This document shows, piece by piece, positions 12,368 to 26,185 of a DNA stretch of 64,000 bases. A program made the translations under genes and the position numbers. The notes below the pieces were generated by a model. It saw nothing but the letters and a program-made list of their open reading frames with translations, made no database searches and was not told the DNA's origin. This DNA is from Octopus sinensis. Lineage: Eukaryota. The stretch is taken from assembly GCF_006345805.1 (NCBI RefSeq), contig NC_042998.1:146506001-146570000 (forward strand), written 5' to 3'. Within the stretch, counting starts at the first letter, position 1. Every line of letters starts with the position of its first letter.

Positions 12368-13567
12368 TTGAGTTGGCAAGAAAGTAATTTCGTTTTTCGC
12401 AAATAGATATAGTTATGATTCTTTTGATTGACTTTTGTCAGACTTATGATTTTTTTTCCTTATGACATTTGATAGCTGTTACTATTAGCTTACTTAAAAG
12501 CAACTTGCACATAATTTCGTTTACAGCTGTTCATTTAGTGTCAATTTTAACATGGAGTGTATAAAAACGAACATTTCACTATATTTTGCTTTTTTATTTC
12601 TGTAAAGGCAAGAACGTGAAGTTTACAGTGTTGATTGCTTAAGAGAATGTACATATCAGAAATAGTTTTAAAAATTCCGTTCTGGTGATTTTTCACTCAA
12701 AGATGACCAACATATGGTCAATCGACTGAAGTTGATGATGACTGAATCAAAGCTATAATTGAATCTTCTTGTCATACAACTGTGCAAGAGATTGCAGAGA
12801 GGTTAAATGTATCACACACAACAACTGAAAATCACTTGTGTCTTGGACTCATTAAGAAGCTTGATATTTGGATTCCACTTAAATTGAAAGAGATTCACTT
12901 AACACAACCAATCAATATTTGTGATATGCATCTCAAATGCAATGAAATGGACCTTTTTTTTTTTTTTTTAAATAAATCATCATTGGTGATGAAAAATTGA
13001 TTGTCTACAATAACATCAATTGAAAATGGCCATGGTCCAAGGGTAGTGATCCTGCACAAACCACATCAAAAGCTGAATTCCTTCAAAAAAAGGTCCTGCT
13101 GTCAATTTAGTGGGATTACAAAAGTGTTGTGTATTTTGAGCTGGTTCCAATCAAAGAAAAATGGCCAGAATTAGCTAATCATAAAGAAATCATGTCCCAC
13201 CATGACAATGCTAGACCACACACGTCTTTGCTAACTCGTGAAAAATTATTGGAGCTTAGTTGGGAAGTGATGTCACCTCCACCATATAGCCCTGACCTTG
13301 CACCATCAGATTTACTTTGAAGTTAGCAAAAATTCTTTGAATGATAAAACTTTCAATAATGATGATGACCTGAAATCGCACTTGCTTCAGTTTTTGGCTG
13401 ATAAGGCCCAGAAGTTCTATGAGCGCAGAATCATGAAGTTGCCAGACAGATGGCAGGTCATTGAACAAAATGAAAAATATATAATTGATTAAAGTTCATT
13501 CTTTGTATGAAAAAAAAAACAACTTTTATTTCACTCTAAAAAACCAAAATTACTTTCTTGCTAACCA
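12368..13567 (+). mobile_element. Decayed full-length mariner (DD34D) transposon
   Basis: TIRs ~gttggcaagaaagtaatttcgtttt / aaaccaaaattactttcttgctaac. Motifs WIPLKL, GDEK, HDNARPH and YSPDLAPSD in broken frames. Confidence 0.9.
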
Positions 13568-16500
13568 TATATATATATATATATTTTTATACATTAGTCA
13601 TGTCAGGCACTTTCCATCATTTGTAATAGAACAATATTAATTATTAAGTTAGTGTTATATTTAATGCAACAAGTGCCAAAGCCTAACTAGAACAAATTTG
13701 CTAAGGAAAAAAAAAATCAAATAGGTATTGGCCAATAACTGATAATACTTTGATTCTTTTGGCAGGTTGGGGGAACAATTCTTGACATGTTTGGGTCTTT
13801 TTAGACCTAGTTATTGAAGTAGCAATGAGAGAATCATTAAGTTGATGTGAAATAATGTGCAGTTTCTCAGTGAAATATAGACATCACTGTAGTTGTTAAA
13901 ATAGTGATGAGAGAATCACTAAGATGTAAAATATTGTGCATTTGGTGTTGCAAAATAGAAATTGTCAAAGTATAAGTTACTTTTAGATGCCATCTGCATG
14001 GGATTAGTGTTAACATATTTAATGATTTAGTAGTTTTTATTGTCTATTAAAGAGTTTTCTGGTTTATTTGAGCAGTTCTGATTGTAGACATAAATACTCT
14101 AATTGAAGTACATTTACTGATGCAGTAGTAAGGGTCAGAGACCAACTAAGGTTTAAGATTTTCAGATACTGTTCACCTGCTTCAGTAGGTAAATGGTGTT
14201 GCTATATCATGAAAGATCTTCTGTGAAGTGGAAACCACAAAACATGAAACTCTCTCTCCAACTTGTTAATGAAATTGGAAAAGTGTCTGTATTTAATACT
14301 GAGTTCTTTGAGCGCATTACATGTCTGTAGGCTTTTTTTTTTAATAATTGTCTTCCATATCTCACTGAATCAGAAATGATGAGTATTAACTGAGACCAGA
14401 GGAATGAGTTTGTAAATAGTCCAATATCTTAGTAATAATAATGAGGTTAGTCAGAAGAAACGAAGGAATTGTACCTTTATACGCAAGAGCAGAAAGTCTT
14501 CAAATTTTATAAGAAATTAAATGAAGTGAAATAAAATAAAATATATTTATGCTATTACATATAAGAATTTGCCTAGTACCTGAAAATGCTTGTACCTCAA
14601 GGCAAATTCATAATTATAATGACATATTTTACTTAATTTCATTTCCTTATAAAATTTGAAGACTTTTTGTACCAGTTTATAAATAAACTAAAGAATTTCT
14701 TCATTCCTTCTAACTAAGCTTATTATTACAACTACTAATATACTATTCTACTCACAATCAAAAATGTTTTATCCCTATATGCCTTATTTACTTGTGTATA
14801 AATTGCACTATTGTATACTTGATTTTAACTGAAAAACTGGGGTGCAACTTATACACGGAACAAAACTAAGACTATGAAGGGAAAAAGTTTGTACTAAGAT
14901 TTAGCAATAAATTAGGATTATGACTTATAACATGAGTAAATCTGATATATTCTTCTGAGACTTATCAATGTGGTTATTTTAATCTACATGAGATAATATC
15001 GAGAATCACTTGATAATACCTTGGGTGGGTTAAAACTGTCATAGAGCCAAGTTGAATGTGATTGCATAACTCCTGTTCTTTTGTCATTTGTTAAATATGC
15101 TATGTACACACCTGATGGTTTTCTCTTTAGTATCAGTATATTGAGTTCTAACAAAATCTTATTATTATTGCTATGCATAAGTGAAATATTAAAATATACA
15201 CACATACTGGGGGGAAAAATGACTGGAAATATGGCAGCTTAGAAGAATAAATGTTGAAGTAATGATGATATAGAGGAAGGTGTTTATGTATTATGTATAT
15301 ATATGTGTGTGTGTGTATGTTTGTCTCTCCATGTCTTGACATCACATGATAATTGTAAATGAGTGTCACTGTCATTCAAGTAGTGTCATTCATTTCCAAT
15401 ATTCTACAAAAACATGTCTGGCCACGAAGAAATATTATCTTACTTGGAAACAGGTGAAGGTTGACAACAGAAAGGACATCTGTCTAGCCACAGAAAATCT
15501 GTGCTTATGAACTCCCTCTGCCCCATGTAAACATGGGAAAGTGGACATTGAAAAACTGAAACTGATGAGGACGAGAGGAGTTGTTGATAATAATGGTAAT
15601 GCAGTTGTTCAAACTATTTACTTCATCTTTTGTGATAAAGATTTACCTCTACATCATATTTCAATCAGCTTGATCACTACTGATTGCCAACACATCATAT
15701 TCCTGGGTGTGTACATAGTATCCGATGGAATTAGAACTGAGAAAATTTTATTTCTAAACTAAGGGTAATTAGCATTCTTGCTCATTATAACATTGACAAA
15801 TGTAGATTAGGTTGAGGTTATCTCTGTTTCTTTTAATTGTATTTCTTTTTTTCTTTATTTGGCATGATTTTGATGCATCTGTAGTCGCTGCAGATTTAGG
15901 GAATGGTGAAATATATGCCAGGGATAATTTGGAATGTTTTATACAGGGTTTAGCTACATCACTTGTTATGGTGGCAGTCATGTGTCAACAATTGAATAGG
16001 GATCAGATTTCTTTAGAACACTGAAAAACACCCCTAAAACAATGGTTTAAGTTGATTCCTCTAATGAAGAATACTATCCAAAATAGTACCTTTCTCTTTT
16101 GCTATCATGAAGACCCCTCTCTACCTCACTCAAATGAATAATTTCAAAGTAAAAAAATTTTCTTCCATAATTTTGAATTTTCAGGTCAGTGATTCTAATT
16201 AGATATTGAATGTTTAATTATAAAATAATTAAAAGTCATACTGTTTCACAGGTTTTTGGAAGTGATATCCAGTTAGATTTTATTGGTAAACTAAATAAAG
16301 TCTTTTATATCAGCTAATATTGTTCTAGATTCCAACACAGCTGATTAGGTCTATAAATAATATTAAAATATTTAGTATGGAAGACATTTTGTCTATTCGG
16401 AAACATACAAGAACTTAACTTAGTTTAATTGTTTATTATTTGGTATGAAAAGTTTTGTTTGACACTGAAACTCTTTTGGTGACTAGGTCGCAGTTGGGGC

Positions 16501-16702
16501 AACAAAAATTTTGACACCAAGTAATAAATGACCAAATAAAGTTAACAGTTTTTGTGTGCTTTTGTCTAATATGGGTCTTCCACACTAATTGCTTTAGTCT
16601 CAAGACAGTCTCAAATTAAATCATTTGCCAGACATGTACATCTCCAAAATATTGGTTTTTATGAAAATCTGATTTTATTACAAATTATTTTTATATTTTT
16701 CT

Positions 16703-16757
<55 letters not shown>

Positions 16758-18129
16758 AAAATTATATCTTTGAATTTGTTATAAGAAATGTTTTGTTTGC
16801 AGTCTGATGCTAGTACTGTGTCCTTCCACTGTTACCAATAAAGGAGATATTTCTCCCTCTATGAAATGTTGATTATATATAGTACACACACACACTTGGA
16901 AACTTAGGATTTACCGAACAATTCTATATTTCAGAACTATCCAAACTTAAGTCATTGCCTGCTCTTAGCAGTAGAACTCTCATACTTGCAGGTAATCATT
17001 TATTGACTTTTTGCTGCTGTGGAAAAAAATCCTTTGCTGCTGCCATTGGTAAGCCAGTGTTATGTCATCTCATCCATTATTATCATCATCATCATCATCA
17101 TCATCATCATAAATACCAGCTTCACCAAAGGTATTTTTTATGTAATTAAAATTTTTTTTCTGGAATTACCTCATTGTTATTGACACATTAATGATTTCTT
17201 GTATCCAATAAAATCCTCATCCCATAATGCTGGTTTATTTTTAATTCATCTGTTGACCAAGACTGAATATTGCTGAGGAATCTTATGGCTTGTCTCCTTT
17301 CAAAGAGACAACAATACTTCAAATTACATCATCCTATGTAACATGAATTTTATAAATAAAATTAAAAAATTGGTATCCAGGAAGATCAATGATTATGTTT
17401 TGTAAGTTTTTCATTGCTTCAGGTTTTTTTGCATGATATAAAAAAAATTCTGATATTTTCTTTGTGTATATATTCTCTTGAGAATACACATCATCATTTT
17501 CATTGTTTAACATCTGTTTTACATGCAGGCATGAGTTGGATGGTTTGATAGGAACTGGTCAGCCAGAGGACTGCCCAGGCTCTGTTCTGGCATGGTTTCT
17601 ACAGCTGGATGCCTTTTCTAATGCCAATCACTTTACAGAGTGTGCTGAGTGCTTTTTTTGCATACTACCGGCATGGGTGCATTTATGTGGCACCAGCATT
17701 GGTTAAAATTTTTATAGACAATGATTTGAGCTCTACCTTAGCTGTTGTATGTGCTGTAACACACACCAGCTAAGTGTTGAATTAAAGCTTTAGAATACAA
17801 CTAGAGTAAATTATGTTATACATCATTGGAGATAATTCTGGCAAATATACTTCAGTTTTTAATTTTGCTATCGTCATCAATTTGTTCTAAGCTGTCAATT
17901 TGTGATCTTTTAGAACAGTTGTCAGACTTTTTAATACTATTTCCACCTTTTCTTTTACTAACACTTTCTTTGGTGCCCCACCACTATTTATGTAAATACA
18001 TATAAAATCAGACCAAAGTAATTTAGTTCTGAGTGTGCTAGCCTGACATACCACAGCACCACCCTAAGTGAAAGTGAATATTTGATGCATCACTGCTTGA
18101 CTTTACTTATTGATCTAACCCTTAACAAG

Positions 18130-18292
18130 ATGGCAAGCTGGCAAAATTATTAGCATGCTGGGTAAAATGCTTAGCAGCATTTTGTCCATCACTATGTTCT
18201 GAGTTCAAATTCTGCAGAGCTTGACTACATCTTTCATCCTTTCAGGGTTGATAAAATAAATACCAGTTGAGTACTGGGGTTGATATAATTGA
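18130..18292 (+). mobile_element. tRNA-derived SINE
   Basis: A-box-like gctggcaaaatt and B-box gagttcaaattc, followed by tttcatcctttcagggttgataaa..taccagttga. Related to 53750-53985 and 57860-57984. Confidence 0.65.
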
Positions 18293-18435
18293 AGATTTTT
18301 TTTGTCACAGCCTGTATCTTCTTCACTTTATGAATTTATATATTGTAGTTTGTATAGTTTTTATTTCTTGTTTCTATATCATCAACAGACACTAGATAGT
18401 GTTAAGTAGTTATTAATTATTCACATCAGTTTTGT

Positions 18436-18482
<47 letters not shown>

Positions 18483-18495
18483 TATATATATGAGC

Positions 18496-18662
18496 CTAGG
18501 ACATTTACCCCACCATGGACAATAACCCCCCCCCCCAGGACAATTACCCCTGAGGACATAAGATGAGGATTTAAAACTTCTTAATATATTAGAGAGGGGG
18601 TAATTGTCCTAGGGTGTAGTTGTCATCAGGGAGAATTGGCCTATAGGGGGTAATTGTCCTGA
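18496..18662. mobile_element. Small MITE with inverted subterminal AGGACAATTACCCC motifs
   Basis: Repeated ggacaattacccc-like motifs on the left and ggggtaattgtcct on the right, inside a (TA)n tract. Confidence 0.7.
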
Positions 18663-19949
18663 TATATATATATTTCTTTTAAGCTCTTCTTGAGAGAGTT
18701 AAACATGAATGCTAACAAAGTGACAAGACTTATTGAATTAAGAGAGTTTGTAAATATTTGGTTGAACTGTCGTATATATGTATGTGTGTGTGTATAAAAT
18801 CATTCAACCAACCCATGCTAGCATGGAAATCAGACATGAAAATTTTCACATTTTTAGATGGAACTACAACTTTTGATATTGAGTTTCTTTTCCTGGGTTT
18901 GATGCCATTGTTTTTGTTATGCTCCTTGACCATAACCCTTTAAAATCATTTCTACTGTTTCTCATCTCCCAGAATATATGCTAAATTAAGTGTTATGCCC
19001 AATATATACATGAGATGGCAGCTATACTTCAGTTTTAAATTCTTTGTATTCTTAGATAGCTAACTTATATCGCCTTCCTGTATAATATATAAAAACTTGT
19101 AAATTTTTATTCTCGTCTAATAAGGGTAAAAATTATGTGGTTTTAAGGGAAATAATGTGGCAAGATTTACTAATTACTTCCCATGCAGTGGTGTAGTCTG
19201 ATACATCAAATGCACGTTTTAAAATTTTTATCAGAAAATCATATCTAATACCATCCCAAATTGCTTTGAACTTCAAAGAATTAATATGAACCCAAATCAG
19301 CATACCCACAAGCAAACTTACTGTAGATCAAAATACAATATGAGGAGAGACGGTTGGGACAGAGATGCAAGTTTCACATTCTTATGAAACCTACCCTTCT
19401 ATCCCCCATTGCCCACTCACACAGTCCAATCCTCTGTATCACTTCACCTATATTCATTCCCCTCTGTATGTTAAGAGTATGTCCTGACACACAGACTCAC
19501 CACCTCTCTTTCTCTCTTGTCTTATTGAACTGTGTCTCTTCTACAGCAAGATATTGATCTCTATCTTTCTATTATTCTTTTAATCTCTTTTCAACTGGCA
19601 CAATGTCACCTCCCTCAATACTATCCCCCATCTCAGTTGAAGGGACTCTGTCTTGTCTTGCAAGCTACTTAGTAATCCTACTGGTGCTGGTACCACAAAA
19701 AAAGCACCCAGCACACTTTATAAAGTAGTTGGCATTAGGAAGGTCATCCAGCTATAGAAACTATGCCAAAACAGACAATAGAGGTTGATGCAGTCTTCTG
19801 GCTTGCCAGCTCTTATAAAACCATTCAATCCATGCCACCATGGAAAACTGACATTAAATTATGATGATGATAATGAACAATCCCAGACAAGCCAGAAAAT
19901 ATAACTTCTATGAATAAACCATTTGAATTAACATGAAAAACATTTTTAT

Positions 19950-21136
19950 CATTGTATTTGTAGCTGTATCTACAACTTTTGCTTATGGCTTTTGAAATTT
20001 GAATAAATTTAACCTTTTTTCAGATATATGACAATGGAATGCCAAACCTAAAAAGAAAGGAAAAACAAGGAAAATTTTGGACACCTGCTTCTCTTCGCTT
20101 TCAAAAAAATTCCAGAGCTTCCAAAGCCACTTGAAAAATTTATCTTCTGTACAGAAAAGATACTATTACAGTTACTATTTCTGAGAAAACTGCACAGAAA
20201 TGGTTTTCACGCTTCATGGAGGAGTAATTTGACTTCACATATTCTCTGCGTTCTTCCCTACCCATTCAGTTTAATGAGGATTGATTGAACGATTTCATCC
20301 ACAAGTATCCCTGCCAGTCCACTAGGAAATTAGCCAAGCAGATGGGATGCTCTCATGATAGCGTTGCCCATTACTTTCACTCAATGAGTAAGGCTCAAAA
20401 ACTTAGTGCATGGTGCAAAAACTCTCTGAATGAAAGAGATAATGCTTGTAGTGCTTCTTTTTTTGCCACCAAGCTTACTCACTCAACACCAAGCTTCTCA
20501 TGGACACAGATACAAAGATTCTTTTACCACATCATCACCAGCAATGGAAAATGGTGTCTTTACATCAACATGAAGCAGAGTAAGCAATAGCTGATTCCCA
20601 GCAAGCAACACCTCAAGTCAAGCCAGAGCTGTATCCATGCAAGACAATGATCTGCATTTGGTGGGTTTGGGAAAAGCTACTCCATCATGAGATGCTTGGA
20701 AACAACCATGCAGTCATTGTAGAGCTTTTATGTTCAGCAAATGTACCAGCTCTTTAAAGCAATCCAGCTGAACTGATTCTACTGGTGACATGATGTACGT
20801 CTTCTACATTGCTAATTTGACCAAAAATGCTATTCAAGAGCTTAGTTAGGAAGTTCTTCCACACCCACTACATGCTCCTGATATAACATCTTCAGATTAT
20901 TACCTTTTCCATCGTTTTCCAACAGTCTGCCAGATGTTTCGTTCATCAACAACATGGAGCTGAAAACGTGGATCAATGAATCCTTCAAGTCAAGACCCAG
21001 TGATTTCTACTGTCAAGACATTGACAAGAAGTCCTGAAAATGGAGAACATATTATTGACTGGTTTGTTAAAATTATTGATGAAAATAAAGGTTAAAATAA
21101 ATGGAAAAAAACGAATGAATTTGTCTGACAACCCAG
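19950..21136 (+). mobile_element. Decayed mariner transposon, 5' TIR not recognisable
   Basis: QSTRKLA..., IITSNGKWCLY, and APD..SDYYLF-like motifs. 3' TIR aaaaaacgaatgaatttgtctgacaacccagTA. Confidence 0.8.
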
Positions 21137-22798
21137 TAAAATCAGTGAAAGTATTCAGTGGGTGGTGGTTTAAACAAAATATACTGTTACACTGTTTCAC
21201 ATATTAATAATAAATACGCAAACACAATCTGCAGTTAATACAGTAAAAATAATACAGGGCACCACTATGACACAACCAACACTAGTAGTTAGGCAACTAC
21301 ATCATCATCATTTAATGTTTCTAATGCTGGCATGGGTTCGATGGTTCATCAGGAGCTGACAAGCCAGAGGAGTGCATCAAGCATCAATGGCTGGTTTGGC
21401 ATGGTTTCTACAATTGGACGCCTTTCCTAATGCTTTCACAGAATGTACTGGGTGCTTTTTACAAAACACTAACATTAGTGAAGTCACCAAGTAAGTTGCA
21501 AGACAAGACTCCTCAACTAGTATAGCATTTAGGGAGGTTGCTTTGTAGCAGGTGACGAGAAATTAAAGTATGGTAGGACAGAAACAGATGTCTTGCTGTG
21601 GGAGAGAGACATAGTTACTCCAGTTTGAAAAGAGAGACAATGGTGGTGGGGTAACCTGGGGATATACCATGACATCTCTTCTCTCCTTTTTCCAAAAGGT
21701 GTAACCATGTATTTCCTGTCAAGCTACTCTTTCTGTCCTTGTAGGTTACTCAACTCAGCTCTTTGTATGACTTCTTCATTCAGCAGAAGTGACAGTAAAA
21801 AATTCCACCAGATATCTGTAGAGAATCATGAAAGAGCAGACAGGAGCAAGAAATAGTTTGTGTGAGACACTTTCTCAAGATATGCTATGGGAATAATTCA
21901 CATGTGAAGAGTATGTCTTAAACATTTGGTTATGTTTATGGCTTACCTTGTATCTTGTTTCATATAGACTAGTTCTTGCTCTTTTTAGTTCTTTCATGAC
22001 TCTGTACAAACATCTGGCGACATTTTTAGAGTCATTTCTGAATGAATTAGCCATGTAAAGGTCTGAGTTACCTATATAATGCCATCATTGTGGGGCAACA
22101 TAAGACGCTCGGTCATGTGTGAAGTAAAGCCTGTCTTGAGTAGAAGCCTTAGTGGAGGCATGGAAGGTGAAGAAAACCTGTCAAAACTTAGCTGAGGGTT
22201 GAAGGATGAGTAGGTAGATATATTATTTTCAATGTCTTCTGTATGGAATTTTTGGTTGACAGAAACTGCACACAAGACGTGTGTGGGTACGCATAGTGGT
22301 AGATCAAGTTTCTTTTTCACCTTTTATATAAAAAAAAAAAAGAACTTAGTTGTTTGCCAAGTGATTGATGAAATATATATCAAACTGAAATAAATACTGG
22401 AGTTAATATGCTTGGTTAAAAACCCCTGAAAATCTGGCCGCAATCCAATTGACATAACAAATGAGTAAAATCCAGTAGAAATGTAGCTGAAGCAACATCT
22501 TCAATTGATGAGGTCTCTTATTGTCTGCTTAAATCTTATGGTTTGCCAAAAGAAATCTTTATCAACACCTTGGACAAAAATTGAGAAGGAAAAAAAAGGA
22601 GTTTTATATGGTTGGTCAATTTATTAGAAATAGCAGTCAAATGATCTTCATCTCACACCTTAGGATCTTAAAAAATAATATTGACCAATGTAGTCCTAGA
22701 TTTGCACGATCAAAGCTATCCTGGGGCTAGACAACAACTGAAAAACACAGCTAGAAAACCAAATCATACTATATCATTTTATGGAAGGGACACTAGAT

Positions 22799-23556
22799 TT
22801 GGTTCTCAACAATTTTCTTATCTATGTCAAGCCAAATGAAATTGTAGTTGTGGCTGATGCTGGTCTCATGTAACTGGCACATAAAAAACACCTTTCAAGC
22901 ATTGGGCTTCATGCAGGCAACTGGCACCTGTGCCAGTGGAATGTAAAAAGCACCTTTTGAGCGTTGGGCCTCATGGAGGTAATGACAAATAGTCGAGACC
23001 TTTGGCAATATACTGCGCTTGAGAAGACCCATCAAGCCAAGTGAAATTGTAGTTGTGGCAGATACTGGTGTCACACAACTGGCACTCAGGCCTGTGGAAC
23101 GTTAAAGTACTCATTACACTCTTGGAGTGGTTGGCGTTAGGAAGCCGTAGAAACCTTGCCAAATCAGACTGGAGTATGGCGCAGCCCCTCAGCGTACCAG
23201 CCTTGATCAAACCGTCCAACCAATGCCAAAGTGGACAATGGACGTTAAATGAGGATGACGGACCATTTTGATTTCTATTTTATTCTAGTGGGCCCCCATA
23301 GCCATTTGATGTTTAAAAACTAGTTTTATAGAAACTTTTTTCAAAATTCCTATTATTTTATTCACACATCAACTTATGCAGGCTGAACTATGTAAAAAGT
23401 TATAAAAAGAAATTTCGCTGTTTCTTGCAATAAATACATCTAAATCAAAATATTTTTCATCGTCCCTTAATATACTACTATTGATCGCGAATTTACAATT
23501 TTGCTTGTGTGCCCCCACCTCACAATCTTATATGGACCCCCAGATGAAAACCACAG
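22799..23556. mobile_element. hAT (Charlie/Buster-like) MITE with a nested SINE at about 22826-23260
   Basis: Degenerate termini tggttctcaac / gatgaaaaccacag flanked by the duplicated 8-mer CACTAGAT (22791-22798, 23557-23564). Confidence 0.6.
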
Positions 23557-23711
23557 CACTAGATAATATAGTCGTACTCGTCTAGCAAAAAATGATTCTT
23601 CCATTAGGGTTGCAAGGAAGAATATTTTCCAGGGAGGTAACTAGTGTTGACTATAAAATTAATAAAGGGACACATTTTCACCTGTCACCATTAATTGGAT
23701 TTGTTCGAAGC

Positions 23712-23910
23712 ATGGCAGTGAACGGGGAACTTGGAACTTTGGTAAAACAAGGTGCCGAAGCTAAACTGTATGAGTCTCTATTTTACGAACGACCATGTAT
23801 TATAAAAGAACGATTCCAGAAATCCTACAGACATCCTTCACTTGATAAAAGTTTAACTCAACAACGATTAAAGTCGGAAGTGCGAGCTATGCTTCGATGT
23901 CGCATGAATG
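23712..23910 (+). CDS. TP53RK: TP53-regulating kinase (PRPK/Bud32, KEOPS complex), coding exon 1
   Basis: MAVNGELGTLVKQGAEAKLY...KERFQKSYRHPSLDKSLTQQRLKSEVRAMLRCRMN-G contains the Bud32 QGAEA and KERFxKxYRHP motifs. Phase-1 donor G|gtagg at 23910/23911. Confidence 0.95.
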
Positions 23911-24163
23911 GTAGGTTTCATTTTAATTTTGATTCGTAAATTAAACTAGGCCGATATATTATAACTGCAGGTAAAGTACTGGAATTATGCACTCTTATAT
24001 AGGTTATATATATGTATATATATGGATGATCCGGTTCTTGACTGAGGATAGAAAGCTTCGAATGACTCGTTCTTGTTTCTTTGTATCGTCTATCTGGATG
24101 TTTTGTTGTCCCTTTTTGTATCACCTAGTTGTCCGGATGTTTTGCGTTCTTGTCCCATTTTTG

Positions 24164-24203
<40 letters not shown>

Positions 24204-24899
24204 AAAAGTAAATAAAAATTAAAGGGGAAATAACAAGGGGAGATAAATCAACTTATTGTTAAACAACGTAGACGCTGGATATAGCAACCAAAAAGTGAAC
24301 AAATGTCTTGCTCTTCGGTACAGAATATCTCCATATAAATTCGTATAAATATAACACAAACAAATTATCTGACGTTCCAAATAGACGTCGTAATTTTCTA
24401 CTAACACGCATCTACTTTCTCTATCCCCAACACTTTATCATAAAGCGAAACAGGTAAACATTTGTTCACTTTTTGGTTGCTATATCCTGTGTCTACGTTA
24501 ACAGTAAGGTGACTTATTTATCTCTCCTTCAATTTTTACTTACTTTTTAAAATTATCCCATACTAAAGGATTACCGTATATATATATCGGGTTCTAAAAT
24601 CAGGTTATTAATATCGCTAAGCCTAATAATATATGAATTCTGTTCGGTTGATCTCCCTTGTGGATGAATAATTTGTGCTGAGTTACCTCGCGTATTGCAA
24701 CAATCTGTAAGAGCACCAAACGTATGTTTAAACAGACGTTTTTCTCACTTTGTGTAACACTGGACATCAAACAAAAATTGTTTACCTTCTTTTATTAATT
24801 ATATTTGTGAATAATCAAATTATGAATAAGACGTTTTTCAAGAAGCTCCAACTTTTAGTATGAATTTTGTAAAACCTTAAAATTTAAAACTCCACAGTA

Positions 24900-25760
24900 C
24901 TAGATATCGCCAGAGTTCTGCAGTACACTGGTCTAAGCAGACAACAAAACAGCTACAGAGCATTTGAACTCAAGACTATTGAGTTACCTTTTCACTGATT
25001 TTGTCGTCTACATAGTATAGTTGGGCACTGTGAGAAAAACAGCACCATGATACAATTCACTCTGCCAGAAATTTGAAAACGACATGTTGTACTTCTTGGC
25101 ATTCAGGCCAGAAGCTCCAATATGAACAAATGATAAACACACAGAACAACCATTGGCTTACTGTGTCCCTAAAACATGTACCGAGAGTGATGAAGATCAA
25201 ACATCCAGTCAACATCATGGTGTTTGGAGTGATCACTAGTGATGGCAACATTATGCCTGCATTCGTCTTCCCATTCATCTCAAGTGCCTGGAGAGGTAGT
25301 GCTGCCCTGAGTCAAGAGGATGGCTGCTGGAAGACCTTATGTCTAGCACCAGGACTTTGCACCAAGCCAGAGAACCCAGTTATGGCTGTCAGACAATTTC
25401 TGCAACCACACTGCCCCTAACACCTGGCCATCTAACTCTCCAGACTGCAACTCCTTTGATTATTATGTGTGAGACTCAGTTGAGCAAAAGACCAACAAAA
25501 CACCAAAGATAAATTGAAGGCAATGATTATGGCAGCATTCACCAACTTAAAAAAAAGGAGACTGTCAGAAGAGTTGCAGGAGATTCTGAAGTCATCTGGA
25601 GGCCATGGTTGACGCCAATGGCGATTTTATTGAATAAATTTACTCTTTAGTATTTTGTGGTATTTTTATGTAATTTTGGTAAATATATCTATTAAAATGA
25701 AATGTCAGTGTTATTTTCATTTTTGCGTAATTTAGACGACAATATATTCATTGCACCCTG
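24900..25760 (+). mobile_element. Internally deleted Tc1/mariner (maT/DD37D-like) element in the TP53RK intron
   Basis: KHPVNIMVFGVITSDG and WPSNSPDCNSFDYYV motifs. 3' end ..gcaccctg|TA. Confidence 0.75.
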
Positions 25761-26185
25761 TATGTATATATACATATATGTGTGTGTGTATGTATATATG
25801 TATGTTCATGTCTTTTTGTTTTGACATCATGTCATAGTTGTAAATGAGTTTGAGACTGTCATAAAAACAGTGTCATTCATTTCCAATTTACTGTAAAAAT
25901 ACATACCATGGCAAAAATAATCTTGTTTGGAAACAGGTAAGGACTGACAACCAGAAGGACATTCAGCCATAGAAAATCTGCCTCAATAAACCTGTAGAGC
26001 CATGCAACCATGGAAAAGTGGGCATTAAAGGGTAATGACAGTGAGTATGGGAGTAGGGTTTAGAATTTAGATTGTCAGAAAATTAGTAGTTTGGATAGAA
26101 AAAATAACTGAGTATTCTGTTTGAGAGTGGACTTGTGATTGTAGAATTTAGATGAGTAAAAGCTTACCTCTTTAGTAGACACCAT

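Noticed and set aside
23592-23711. 40-aa N-terminal extension of TP53RK from the upstream ATG
   Set aside because: No Bud32-like sequence. ATG 23712 has good context (AGCATGG) and gives a typical 229-aa protein; the upstream ATG is not formally excluded.
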